In this document: in pieces, positions 23,924 to 36,959 of the stretch
How positions within the stretch are numbered: the first letter of the stretch is position 1
Layout: the number at the start of each line of letters is the position of its first letter
Assembly (NCBI GenBank): GCA_038087875.1
Contig: CM075990.1
Location: forward strand, 4,776,001 to 4,840,000
Reading direction: 5' to 3'
Length of the DNA: 64,000 nt
Source of the DNA: Malacoraja senta
Taxonomy: Eukaryota
The notes under the pieces: generated by a model
What the model saw: the letters and a program-made list of their open reading frames with translations, nothing else
Databases searched by the model: none
What the model was told of the DNA's origin: nothing
Program-made: the position numbers and the translations under genes

Positions 23924-26689
23924 TTATCCCATTTTCTACTACATCAGTTTAACATTTTCATTTAAATAACTATTGTATTTACTTCAATTTACTCAAGCTG
24001 ATGATTCCAAGTATTTGGAAATTTGTTCTGACATCGACCCTAAAATTCCAAAAGCAAATGCTACAGCTTAAATGTGAATGGTTCCTTGAATATTTGAAAT
24101 CGGGTGACTTTATTTTGCAACGGTCCATGTTTGTGCAGCTGTGTTGGTTTGTGTACTGCTCATCTTATCAGTCTGAATGATGCAAATGGGGAATAATTCT
24201 TTGGACCAAGTGTATGGGTTTTATGCTGCGACCCTGCATTTTACACGTCCCAATATGTGTGCTGAGCATCTGAATAATGCAACAGTGAGCAATGTATTTG
24301 AACAAATAAGCTGTTTAAAAAAAAAAAAATTTCACCCTCCTCCTCACTACTGCAAAGGCCACAAGATAAAATTAAAACCACAGCATACTTTAAAATCCTA
24401 TTGGATTTAATGTTGAATAATTGTGATCAGAGTAAGCACAATGTTCTGTTTAATTAATTATGTAACTTAAGTGATATAACTTCCAAAGACGTACATGTTT
24501 GTAGGTTAATTTGGCTTTGGTAAAATCATCCCTACCGTGTAGGATAGTTCTAGTGTACAGGGATCGTTGGTCTGTATGGACTCAGTGGGCTGAAGAGCCT
24601 GTTTCCGTGCTGTATCGGTAAATTAAAAAAATAATAATAATTTCAATGAGTGTTTAAACATAAATCCCTCTGGAAGTTTATGAGTTTTTTTTATCAATAT
24701 CTTCTCAGTAATACAATGTGTGTACTTCAGACCAAGTGCAGATGTAACTTGGATTGGTAAAACAGAACAAATGTGCTTTGACATTCTGTTTTTGGAAAAT
24801 ATAAGTCGATCCTGAGGCTTATCTAGCCCTTGATGTAAAAAGGTCCGTCGCTGAAGCTTTGGAGAGGATGCTGATTCCTGGAGGCCTCAGTTCCTCCTGG
24901 CATCGGTAAAATTGTCCCTATTGTGTTGGATTGTGCTAGTGTACAGGCCGCCTCCTTTAGCTACTGATCGGGTGAAGTGGTTCTGGTTCATAACGTACTT
25001 GCTGCAAGGACCTTGGCTCCAAATGTGAGTTTTCGGAATCAAGTGGCAGCTTTTTAAAATTTTTTACTTGATTTGGAACCTCGAAAGTATGTACTTTTTA
25101 TACAGCCATTTATTTAACCTGTTTAAAGTGGATTTCTTGACTGATGTTAATGATATTTTTTCCCTTTATCCTTAAGCCCATTAACTTGCTGACAAATGCT
25201 TATTATTTTATATAAAGTTGGTACAAAAGACATTTGTATTTTTTAGCATATCAACAGTTCCACTGGAGATTTGGGCAGAAAGTTTAGGTTGACAGCTTGT
25301 AGCAGTGCTAAAGAAAATCTAGCACTAGTCTCGTTGGTATGCTTTAGTTTCGCTGACACTTAAAAAATAAAAGGTTCCATGTGCCCTTTTGGTTGTGGGC
25401 AAAGCACAAACTCAGCACTATTTTGTCTATTCTGTTTCCTACATAATAATGTTTACACAAATGAAAATTTCAGTGGATTGCAAAGTGCTTTGGGATATTT
25501 GGTCACTAAGAACATTACAGAAATACATCTGTCTGTACCATTATATTTGCTATAGGAAACATGAGGGCTCAGAATTCATTTTAGTAGCCAGAGTGTATTA
25601 ATTCCAAGTAATGTATAGAAACATGGATGAAACGGTTTCAACAGCACTGCAGTTAATTATCCCTGGGTGCGTGACAAGTTTTAGGAAAAGGCCATTGATG
25701 AATGAATAAGTTTATTGGCCAAATATTCACATACAAGGAATTTGCATTGGTGCTCTGCCCGCAAGTGACAACATGACATACAGTGACAGTTAGGAATGAC
25801 ACACAAAACATTAAACATTAATAATAAACATTATTGATTAAGCATGTGAATTAAATAAAATACCAGAGCAAAAGGAGGCTACAGATTTTTGGTTATTAAG
25901 TAGAGCTACCACTCATGGGGAAAAAAGCTGTTTTTATGTCTGGCTGTGGCAGCTTTGACAGTCCCGGAAGTCTATTCCTGCCTGATTAAGTTGAACCTGA
26001 GCTTTCTAATTATACCCCTCCAATCCATTTTTTTCTTTTATTAGTTGCACTTGGAACTCATTGTTACCACCTGTTTCATTGACCTTGATATTTTTGCTGA
26101 CAATCTCCATACTCCACCCGTTTAGAATAGCTCTTATTCCTTTGATATAATCTTTTTTATTAAATGCCATGCACTGCCTACCACTAGCTGTATAAAATTT
26201 AGTGCATTGAATTATCAGAATAATTGCTGCCAGTTTTACTGCTGCCTTTAGAAATATTTTTTAATTACTTTATAGAGCCTTGTTTTATTTCTCTGGCTTG
26301 TCCATAGTCAAGACAATTTCAACAGCTCCATTGCAGTGTTTCTTTAATGTATTTTGTTTCTAAACCCAACCCATGCAAAACTTTGCTAACACCCCCAGCT
26401 TATGACTCTGGACAATCATTTCAAAGAATCATATTTCAATCTTTCCCACAGTCTTGCTCCACTGTTTTGCACCACCTTCCCACAGCTCTATGACCTCCAT
26501 GATCCCTCTGCTCCTCATTCCCACCTTCAATCCCTCAGTCAGGTTTTGAAAGAAATCCCAATCCCTAAAGAAAATTATGTACAAAGGAGCTGCAGATGCT
26601 GGTTTACACTGAAGATAGACACAAGCGGGACAGACAGCATCTGGAGAGGATTGGGTGACGTTTCTGGATAAGGCCCTTCTTCAGGCTAC

Positions 26690-26975
26690 TTATCATAGAA
26701 TGATACAGTGTGGAAACAGGCCCTTCGGCCCAACTTGCCCACACTGGCCAACAATGTCCTTGCTACACTAGTCCCACTTGCCTGCGCTTGGTCCATATCC
26801 TTCCAAGCCTGTCCTATCCATGTACCTGTCTGTCTCTTAAATGATAGGATAGTCCCAGCCTCAACTACCTCATTTGGCAACTTGTTCCATACACCTACCA
26901 CCCTTTTTGTGAAAAAGTTACCCCTTGGATTCCTATTAAATCTTTTCCCCTTCACCTTGAACTTATGTCCTCTGG
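26690..26975 (-). mobile_element. CR1 3' end lying between inverted Penelope-derived repeats
   Basis: SRGHKFKVKGKRFNRNPRGNFFTKRVVGVWNKLP. Confidence 0.85.
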
Positions 26976-27231
26976 ACTTCTGAAGAAGGGTATCAACCCA
27001 CATGATCGCCCATTGCTTCTCTCCAGAGATGCTGCCTGTCCCACGGAGCATTGTGTGTCTACCCAAGGAAAATTACTTGGCCACATTTCTCATCTTACAC
27101 TGATCCCCTCTTGGTTGATCTGGATCCCACCTTCTAAAATGTGATGGAAATCCTGCTAAGTTTCAATGTTTTTAAAGACATAATGCCAATATTTATAAAT
27201 GAGTGCTCTCAAAGCTTGTCTTATTTTGCAG

Positions 27232-27290
27232 AATCCTGAACATGGTCACGAGGCAAGGAGCTTTGTGGGCCAACACATTGGGCTCCTTGG
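27232..27290 (+). CDS. TIMM23: TIMM23 coding exon 5
   Basis: ttttgcag / ILNMVTRQGALWANTLGSL / gtaagt; 59 nt. Confidence 0.97.
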
Positions 27291-28592
27291 GTAAGTGTGT
27301 ACTTGTGTTTGTGAATAGTTAGTTCAGATATTGGTTGGGGGGGGGAAACAGTTTCAATTCTTGCCCAATAAGCATTTCTTGGCAGAATTGATGGTTCGTT
27401 CAATGGTACTTTATTGTCACATGTACTGAGGTACAAAAGAGAGCATTCATTTTTCTCTGCATCAATTCTTTTGAAAACATTTCACTACTAAGATTCACAC
27501 AATTATGGTTATTTCATCCGCCCACTTTTATACCCCAACTTCAACAACCCACACATTTGAAGGTTGGAGGTTTGGCTGTTTTTTGATTCATGCTACAAGC
27601 TTTTGCTTTTTTTTTCCAACCGTGACTGCAAAGTGTCAACTTTTAGAACAGGATTCTGCAGGTAGCAGTGACCCTCCAGTACTTTCCCGGGAGGCAGCGA
27701 GTCTTGGTCTGTGTTACCTTGCTATGGGTTGCTGACATGCCACTGCTCAGTGGGCTCTAATCCCATCAAGTAACCTCAGTGTCATGGCACCTGTAATCAG
27801 GAGCAAGATCTTTATTCCGTCTGACCTTTCCTTCTCTATCGTGCCTCGCTCTGCTGCCGCATCAGTCTGACAAGACATACTCGAGGAGGAAATGAAATTG
27901 AAACATAAAATGGTCGGCACACTCAGCTCGTTAGGCAGAGACAAACAATGTTTCAGGTCAATCATGGGACACACTGATGAAGGGTCATTGACCTAAAAAA
28001 ATGACTGTTTCAGTTAATATTAGTAAAAGGAAGTGCTGATGGAATGCATTGCATTGAAAGCTGATTCAATCCCCAGGGCAAGCACAGTAGTTCATTGTCA
28101 ATCCCTGGAACTCGGATTCATGCCTGGTAACTTCAGAAGGCTATGAGGAGTCAACCTCCTTGATGAGGAGCTAGAATTACACACAAGGTGATGAAATGAA
28201 CAATGATACATTATTGTACCTAAGGAACATCAGTGAATGTGTGCTGTGCAATCATTTGTAGGAGTAAAAGCTTTTAAAAACTTTTCCAATATTTTTTTAA
28301 ACTGATTTAAAGTCCAAAGGTTACAAAAGAATTCCATGCTGGAGTGACATTATTCCTTGAACTTACCAAACCAAGTCTCTGACTTGGCCTCATAACTACT
28401 ACCCCAGAGCACATTTGTACTGCTTTGTGTTTGTATTGCCCATGGATCAACTTGTGATTTGTGTACCATGACATCTTGTTTTCCATGCCTCGAGCACCTG
28501 TGTGTAAACCTCAGATAGACACAAAAAGCTGGAGTAACTCAGCGGAACAGACAGCATTTCTGGAGAGAAGGAATGGATGACATTTTGGGAAT

Positions 28593-29355
28593 CCGGAAGT
28601 GGCGGCGCTGTCGAACAGCAGCGGCTCGCCTGCAGTCCGTCTGTTTTTACTTTTGTTGTTTTCTTTTGTCCTGTTTTAGTTAAATTTTAGTTTATTGGGT
28701 TGTGTATGTGTGGGGGGGGGGGGGGGGGTGAAATGATTTTTGTCTCTTCCTTCGGGGGAATGCGACTTTTTCTTGTCGTATCCCCCTTCTCTGCCTCCGT
28801 CTGCGCTGAGGCCTAATGGCGGAGCTGCCGGCCTCCAACTGCGACCGACCGACCTCGAGGCTCCAAAGGCAGAGCGAGGACTTACCAGCGCGAGGCTGGC
28901 CAACTTCGGGGCTGCGGTGGCATTCCGGCAGTGGCAACCTGAATCTGGAGGCTCGGCCGCGGGCCCAGTGGACGACATCGTCGGGAGCTCGCACGTCACA
29001 GGTGGGTGACCTGTTTTTCTGGAGCTCCCGCAACTACAGCTGCGTCCGCTGGACTGGAAGGCGGCAGCTTCGGCAGCTTTGACCACCCCGGGCCGCGGAG
29101 TTTGAACCGGCCCGTCGCGGAGCACGGATTCAGCCGCGGGACTGACTTACCATCACCCAGCGGGGCCACAACAGCAGAAGCCTGGATCGCCTCAGCGCAG
29201 AGGAAGAACAAAGAGGGAAGAGACAGAGACTTTAAGACTTTTGCCTCCATCACAGTGCCTGGTGAACTCACTGTGGTGGATGTTAATTTGTGTTTATTGT
29301 GTGTTTTGTTATTTATTATTATATGTATGACTGCAGGCAACGGAATTTTGTTCTA
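28593..29355 (+). mobile_element. GC-rich non-autonomous retroelement nested in a Penelope-derived hairpin (28513-29447)
   Basis: Starts CCGGAAGTGGCGGCGCTG; CpG-rich; TCCATCACAGTG/CACTGTGGTGGA stem near its 3' end. Confidence 0.7.
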
Positions 29356-29508
29356 ATCTCTCTCTAATGCTGCTTGTCCCGCTGAGTTACTCCAGCATTT
29401 TGTGTCTATCTGAGGTTTAAACCAGCATCTGCAGTTCCTTCTTACACATCTTGTATGTTTAAACCTCACTGTATGACCACATCACTTACACCTGACTTGT
29501 TTATGCAG

Positions 29509-29619
29509 CTCTCCTGTACAGCACATTTGGTGTTGTGATCGAAAAGGTTCGCGGTGCAGAGGATGACCTGAACACAATGGCAGCGGGGTCCTTAACTGGT
29601 TTGCTGTACAAATCTACAG
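29509..29619 (+). CDS. TIMM23: TIMM23 coding exon 6
   Basis: ttatgcag / ALLYSTFGVVIEKVRGAEDDLNTMAAGSLTGLLYKST / gtaaat; 111 nt. Confidence 0.97.
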
Positions 29620-29980
29620 GTAAATCCAATGGGGTTCAAGGTTTCATTAGGTTAAAACCTGCTGGTCAGCTGTCTGGTTATTGATCGTAATCTATTACTG
29701 TCACGGGTACTCTGCTAGTGAAAATCTTTGCATGTTATCCACTCAACTCAGCCTATACACGAGCACTATCAATACATACTCGAATACAACAGGTAGTGCA
29801 AAGAAAAATATACCAGAGTGCAGAATATAGTGCTGCAGTGTTATAGCATTATTGTTACAGTGAAGTGCAATTTTTTTTAAACTACAAGGTCTGCGATGAA
29901 GTAGGTTGGGAGATCAGGACTACACCCTAATTTATGGGAGACGGACTAAACTCTAGTTTGTGAGAGGACTGTTCCATTAG

Positions 29981-30081
29981 TCATGAGTCTGAAGAAGGGT
30001 CTCGATCTGAAACGTCACCCATTCCTTTTCTCCAGAGATGTTGCCTGACCCACTGAGTTACTCCAGCATTTTGTCTATCTT
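29981..30081 (+). ncRNA. Penelope-derived repeat with a minimal hammerhead motif (29983-30022), 12-bp TSD
   Basis: ATGAGT-CTGAAGA-A-GGGTC-TC-GATCT-GAAAC-GTC-ACCCAT; TSD CTGTTCCATTAG at 29969-29980 and 30082-30093. Confidence 0.6.
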
Positions 30082-30587
30082 CTGTTCCATTAGATACTGC
30101 TTCAAATTTATTGAGTTGGAGATATGTTTGTGCACATTGGGTTTAAAAAAGGCAAACTGAAATAATTAAATGAAAAATGACAGAACGTGCTTAATGGACT
30201 GATTACCTTGAACTGTTTCTATGTACACACTGTGAAGTGTTTCATTAGGTTTGAAAGAAGTTTTAAGTACATTGCATAATTTAGTTTTTGTGTTCGTAAA
30301 ATATTGCTAGGTAAGTCCAGCTAGTTATTTTGGACCAGTTTGAAACACGCTGTAATTCTCCCGACATTCATCCATCCATCCTACAAATAGTTTGAGGTCT
30401 AGTTTCACTATATTAGGCTAAACTTTTATTTTAAGCTCCTTTCTTCACAGCTTATGCTCACTGATAATATTATTGATCTGCCTTGCTATAATTTAGCTGA
30501 AGAGCTAGTGTATCAGAAAACTCTGTGAAGACGTTCTGTAGACTACATGCAGTGTAACCTTTTTCTCCCCTTGTTTCTTTACCCCAG

Positions 30588-30703
30588 CTGGGCTTCGTGG
30601 GGCTGCACGGGGAGGATTTATCGGTCTAACTCTGACTGGACTCTACGCTCTCTATAACAACTGGGACCATATAAAGGGCTCGTCTGTGCGACACTCCCTC
30701 TGA
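30588..30703 (+). CDS. TIMM23: TIMM23 coding exon 7 (last)
   Basis: accccag / AGLRGAARGGFIGLTLTGLYALYNNWDHIKGSSVRHSL*; spliced CDS 663 nt, 220 aa. Confidence 0.97.
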
Positions 30704-31660
30704 GGCTACACTGGAATTTGTGTGAGAAGAGTCAAGGTGACATCTGAATAGGAAATAAGTGAATGAGACCTAACATCTGAGTTGCATCAGCTTTTAAAAA
30801 AAAAAAATTAAATACTTTATCCTTTTTCTTTGTGATTTGATTTGGAAAGCACTCGCACATTGTGAGTGGAGCGTATTGTTGTACTGGCTGATTCATCCCA
30901 ATCTCACTGTGACAGTGAAATGAGCAGAATCAGAACAATTCCAAATTCCACCAGGCAAGGCTTTTGAGATTAGCAGCAATCCCAAATAGAACGGATCAGT
31001 GTAGAAGGACGCTCCATTGGCAGAAATTGGAGACTGCACGAGCAATGAGCAGAATGATGCAACAAACATTGGATTAGAATCTCCATGCCATTCTAACTGT
31101 TGGGTCATTGCCATCAGACCCCATCCCTCTCAAATGTTTTCAATGGCCAATTTTGTTCTTTAGTTGTATAATAATGTCTGGATCAGTTGGAGATATCAAT
31201 ATATCATGGACTGCTCTTGACGTCCGTTCTATATTAAATTCTGGCATTGGGCATCTCTCAACCTCTGCAGTGGTATAGACCTGACAGCATTGGTGCCTTT
31301 ACCCAGACCAGTGTGTCTGATATATATGAGCAGCAACCTCATGGACTGCACCGATTGTCCACACACTGTTCTGTTGGTCTCTGACGCAGCCAATTTGTCT
31401 GCTCTGACATAATTATGGCAAAGGAGCTGATCAGATGGTTTCCTCTCACTTCCTCTACTGTGTAGCACTTGCTGAGAATGGACTAGCTAACCTCTTGCCT
31501 TTGTACAGTTCAGCCCAGTTCTGTCTGGTGTTGTGGCTTCGTGGAATGCTTCACTCATCAGCATTTATAATTGTGTTGTGGGGGTAGTAACAAAGTGCCA
31601 CAGCTGCTCCTACCTACTTGTCTTTTTTTTTCTTATCACTTCAGAATCAAGTTTCTTCCC

Positions 31661-32075
31661 AATAAAACAGAAAATGTGCATGCAATCAGTTTTATTGGTG
31701 TACTTCCCTTTAAATAAAGCGGTGTAAATACTCAGTAATTATGTATATGGACATGCTTTAGAAAAAATGAGCAAGTTGTGAAGAAAATGGTGACCTGCAA
31801 AGGGAAAACCAAGGTTAACAACTGAAAATAAAGATGTTGAGAATGGATGTCAAAGAGGGAAATTGTCTTCTGATCACTTTGGAATCCAGAGAAAGGTGCA
31901 CAGGGACTCGACAACGAAAGACCTTGTGGGCTGCTCCTTGAATTGTTACTAGTTATTTGGGTCAAAGACTCCATCCCTTTTTAACTGTTCTATTTGTATG
32001 TTTTGTTTTAATCAAATGTATTCTATCACGAGGAATCTAGTCACAAACTGTATGGCAAACACAGCACAGAATAAA
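31661..32075 (+). terminator. TIMM23: Candidate TIMM23 polyadenylation signals
   Basis: AATAAA at 31661, 31713 and 32070; which one is used cannot be told from sequence. Confidence 0.55.
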
Positions 32076-33357
32076 GGAAAGATATTTATTGTGTAAAAAA
32101 ACATGTTCTGATTCTACTTAATAGTGTTCACTAATGCATGCCGCTTAGTTAAAAAAACTATTTGTTTAAACCATCTCAAAACTGTAGAGCACATTTTGAA
32201 TTGCTTTGAGAGATAGAGGTACTGTGTATATTTGAAAACAAAGTGTAACCATTCTGAGACCATGGTTCTGTACTGTGAGTAGTTTTCCTGATTGTAAAGA
32301 CAGCAAGAGATTTTTCAACAGTAAGGTAATTGAGGGCTATGGGTTTAATGCAGGCAAGTGGTACTGAGGTGAAAGATCAGCTCTGCTCTTAAATGGTGGT
32401 GCAGGCATATGGGAGCAATGCCTGCTTCCATGTCTTTATGTGCTTATCAAAACATTTTCAGGTCCTCCCATAGTCACGTACTTCCCTTGGTCTTGAAACC
32501 TTGATCCACCTGATCTTACAAATCAGATTATGTTTCATAGAATTATTGCAGCAGAGAGGAAGACTTCATTCTTGGTAATTCCAAATGGAATTTAAACTGG
32601 AGGTTATCAACCCACCTGATAATGCTGTCCTAGTTGAGCAATCTGCTCGGATCTTCCATTCCCCGCAGAATATTTTCCACCACCCTTATTTTCTACATAA
32701 AAGGACTTTTTTCATCATAGCTCCTTGTTTGAATTATTTGACATTTCTGGTCATTGAATTATTTATTAACGGCGCAACTTCCCTTACTTTACCTTGCTCT
32801 GCTCTTGTACACCTTTCTCAAAGTTCTCTCAACCTTTGATATTCAAAGGATGAAAATGCAAGTCACAAATTAATAGGGTGACCAGTGGAATACTGTGATC
32901 TATTTGTGGGATTGCTTTGATAGTTTACACTTGATTATTTTGCCAGGCTAGTTCCTCATTTTAGGTAGACCAGTGCTGCTGTCGCCATATCCTTTGACAT
33001 ACTTGAATAAACTAGAATTAGTTCCTTGCCATGACAGAGCAAGTGAGGTTCAGGACCACGCAGTGGAGTTCAGTTGCTGCTGATGGCTTGCATGCTTCCA
33101 CGCTACTCAATTTATAGCCAGCATGCTGGGTGTGAAACTCCTATGGTCATTATTAAAGTACTGCAACAAACAACTTTAGCACTTGTTTGTTCATTTGGCA
33201 CATGCTGCAAACCAGAAGCACCAGGTGATGGACATCCAAATTCCCAACCAAGCATGTATTCAATACCATATCATGCAACTTTGCAGTAGCAATGCAGCAG
33301 TTAAGGACTTATCAACCCATTTGATGTGCCAATACCCCTGTGTGGCTATCTTTTAAT

Positions 33358-33448
33358 CTGAAGAAGGGTTTCGACCCGAAACGTTGCCTATTTCCTTCGC
33401 TCTATAGATGCTGCTTCACCTGCTGAGTCTCCAGCATTTTTGTCTACC
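33358..33448 (+). ncRNA. Penelope-derived repeat with a minimal hammerhead motif (core 33358-33385)
   Basis: CTGAAGA-A-GGGT-TTCG-ACCC-GAAAC-GTT; 8-bp flanking duplication CTTTTAAT. Confidence 0.55.
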
Positions 33449-33963
33449 TTTTAATTAAGGCAGATGTTTTAAGCTACTTCCATAAACCAGGATGGGCAAG
33501 GACGGCAGATTTTCCTGAAAGACAGTGAACCAAATGTGCATTCCCAACTGACTGGCTGCTTCCTGTTTTAATTTCCAACTTAAATTCCACAGCTGTCTTG
33601 GTTGGATTTTCAAGGAACAGTGCTGGTTGTAGAGTGGGGAAACAAAATGTCAATTGAAACTGACACCAGGGTAGTCACAAAATGCTGGAGTAACTCAGCA
33701 TGACAGGCAGCATCTCTGGAGAGAAGGAATGGGTGACATTGTGTCTAAACCCTTCTTCAGACATCAGGGTAAAAATGAGCAGCCAGAGGTTCAATGGGAA
33801 TAGACACAACCCAAAAAAGTTAAGAGTGGGTCATAGTTTAACAAATAATTAACAGCCCACAGGCAGAGAACTTGATTACACACAATTTTATCTGAGCTTA
33901 ATTTAAAACAGATTTGTATAATATTTAATATAAAAACAGAGGCATTTAGTTTTGCTGCAGCAT

Positions 33964-34085
33964 TTTATTAAGATGATTACATTTAGAAACAAAATCCATA
34001 AATAAGAATGATTGCTGAAGCAATGTCAAGGTAGATTTTCAATGGAGAAGAAAATAAATGTAACTTAGTGTAGCTTCCATTTATT
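33964..34085 (-). terminator. NCOA4: Candidate NCOA4 polyadenylation signals
   Basis: Minus-strand AATAAA at 33964-33969 and 34080-34085, about 1.9 kb past the stop codon. Confidence 0.55.
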
Positions 34086-34668
34086 TTGATTACACAAAAG
34101 CAGTTGTGGTCGCAATAATGAAACAAAGAAGCTAATACTTAGGGACCAGAAAGGCTTGGAGAATCGCCTAAAGTCATATCACTGTAATTTAAGGACTTGA
34201 TAATGACCCATTACCCAGATCTTTACAATTTAAATTAAAACATAATGCCATCAGCAAAGTGAACTAATGTGGGGAAAGAGAAAAGGTGATCATTATACTG
34301 AAATTGGGAAGGATTTCATTAAAAACTGAATGAGTTATAAAAAGGACATGCCCACTGATGGGTGAGTTTTCTCAAGACCAGAGATGTTGATGCCCTCTAT
34401 GGCAACCTGATATTTTCACATTCCACTGGCCTGTGGCAAGGCAGCTGAGCTGTGCCTTCCATCACCATCAAGCACATCCATTCATTAGTCCTCAGCATAT
34501 TGACAGATCCATCCAGAGCCTTTCCAGTCTCTTTATGCAAGTCCTGATCTAATCATCAGGAGCAAACAGCACCTAAAAGAGGCCACACACAGAACTGGAG
34601 ATGTCAAATGCAACGTAAATGCTAAGCATGTAGGCAGATCATGACTGGCCTCGGTGAAACCAATAGAT

Positions 34669-34839
34669 CAGTGGTTCTTAACCTTTTTGGCACCAGTACG
34701 CGCATACGCAAACAAAATAATGTATGTGGTATGTACCTTTGTTAGATTCCTAAACATGGGCTCAACAAATTGATGTTATTTGTGTCCCCTTCATGACCCC
34801 CGGTAAAGACCCAAACGACCCCCAGGTTAAGAACCACTG
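34669..34839. mobile_element. hAT (Charlie-type) MITE, 171 bp
   Basis: Perfect 16-bp TIR CAGTGGTTCTTAACCT and perfect 8-bp TSD CAATAGAT (34661-34668 and 34840-34847). Confidence 0.95.
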
Positions 34840-35939
34840 CAATAGATCAATTGGTTGGTTGGTTCCAACAATGCAAGAGATCCTTCCTCCCTGGGTGCAA
34901 CTGATAATTCATCCATTAGTGCTAAAATAATACTGAATAGCACCAATCACTTTGTTAAAGATTACATTGAATTGTTTTTGACAAAACTAGTGTTAGAGGA
35001 CATCAATCGGTGGATGGCACTTTGGAATAGATTATCCCATGCTCTTTACTTACATACACAAGACTAAAGCTTTCATGGTGACTGGTCAACTTGTATTAGA
35101 CTGGTTTTGCAATTTTTTAAGAAGGAACTCAAACTGAAGCATTGATTTAGAAACGTCAAAACAACAGACCCAAAATATTTCAACCACCTAATGCCAACAT
35201 CTGCTACAAGTCAACTGTTTAACTGGACTGAACAACTCCACCTAACTCAAAGGCTGGCAAGGCAGCTTCAATATCAACACACCAACCTCAGAACAAAGTG
35301 CGTACTGATCTTCTCTGAGGACAGGTTATACTGCAGCCGTTTTATGGTCAATCACTGGATTGGGTAACTATCTTGCATGTTAATTCAAAATAACATTAAA
35401 TCCATTGCTTGATGAAATGTTAAATTTAGACTTGGCCTGTCAATATAGACTGCTGCACTATGTTCTCTGCTGCCAGCACTTGCTGTAACAATTCAAATGC
35501 CTAATGCAAGGCAACGAGGCTTAGGTTTCCAGCAGGGATTAACGTGTCAATTTAATTCACCACTCCCTTTACTAACACCGTAACCAGTAGTACTGCTAAC
35601 TAAATAGACTAGAAATCCTCCTATACAGGTCAAATCTAATGAACCTAATTCACCTCACCAGTAGCTATAATCTGTCTTGGAGGATGTTAGCAATGAGACA
35701 AGTTGCGTGATGCCTGGATTGAAAGTGGTCACCATGGGGAGGAGGGGTGGGAATGAAGGAATCTCAATAAAGATTTCCATAGCATGTTGATGCCACTCAG
35801 TTTCACAATACAACTCACACACAAAGGATTTGAACACAAGAGTGGTCTTCAAGGCAGAAGCAAGGAATTAATTCAGCAGAATTTCAGGTGGTAAATGTAT
35901 CTGACGCGAGTCAGCCAATTCATCTGTGACGCCAATGGT

Positions 35940-35945
35940 TCAAAG
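35940..35945 (-). CDS. NCOA4: NCOA4 last exon, coding part (Leu-stop)
   Basis: Strong acceptor ttttttttttctctttgtag / CTT TGA; mirrors the one-codon last exon of human NCOA4. Confidence 0.8.
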   Translation of the reverse strand, partial: L

Positions 35946-36959
35946 CTACAAAGAGAAAAAAAAACATTTAAATCAAACATAAAATAATCAGATGACCTTT
36001 ACTGGAAAGAAAACATTCAGCAACCTTCAACTACTCTGTTCCAGCTGACTGATTTTCCCATTACCTTCCATAAGTCATTCATGACAATCTGAGAACGTTT
36101 GCTAGGACCAGTGTAAAGGTCTGTGCCAAAACAAACAGATTGGGGCAGAAGGAAGGGTTGTTGGCCAACATGTTACAATGTTAACCTGCAATGATGTCAA
36201 GCAGCTGCTATTCAAGCTTTAATTATTAAAAGGTCACAAAACACACTTCAGGACTAGAGCATCCCGAAGATCAGCTTAAACTAGTTAAGACTTGGACTGA
36301 AATGTAATACGGACTTTCACCTGCTTGCTCATTAACTGAAAATTAAGGATAGTTAAAGGCTGACAATTAGGGATAGTTGGAAATGGGGTTTAGATCTTGT
36401 GCTAGGTACCACAGCAGATGTAAAAGTGAAGGTGTTCATTTTTCAACAAAATGTGGCAGCTACACCTGTGCTGTGGAGAGATAACCCGTCGTACAGATGA
36501 GAGATAAAGTAAAATACTCAGGAAAAGCAGCAAAGTTGGAAACTTGAGCTGTGAAATTCCAGGTAATTCCTTCACAGGCAACATCTTCACATTCCAGAAT
36601 TTTGCCAATGGATTTCAAAAAACTGTCAGAAATACAAGGTAGCAAATCAAATGGATGTGAATAATATACTAAGTTGATCAACCAAGATAATGGTCAAAGG
36701 GGCAGATTTAAGTGCAAGGAACATGGTAAAAGAATTGTATCACTGGCATGGATCCCAATATACAATTTAGTCAAAATCCTTACTTTGAAGAGCACTATTT
36801 ATTGATGGCTCCTACTTCAGCTAGAATGCAACAGAAACAGAGCAAACAAAACAAATGGCAGGCCAAGCAACATTTGTGGAGGTGAAGGGTCAATCCTTCA
36901 GTTCTATACCCTGCATCAGCACCGAGAATGTAGGTGGGGAGATAGTCGGGGGAGAAGTG

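Noticed and set aside
6652..30587. Intronic snoRNAs in TIMM23
   Set aside because: No convincing C/D or H/ACA structure by eye; small hairpins near 10670-10735 and 28070-28110 lack proper boxes; needs an Rfam scan
33950..35939. Iron-responsive element in the NCOA4 3' UTR
   Set aside because: The minus-strand CAGTGN instances I inspected (near 34352, 34423, 35352) lack the 5-bp upper stem and bulged C; a SIREs scan would be definitive
36402..36681. Possible extra NCOA4 exon in the last intron
   Set aside because: No frame resembles NCOA4, and the 40564-40644 and 35940-35945 exons already complete the protein
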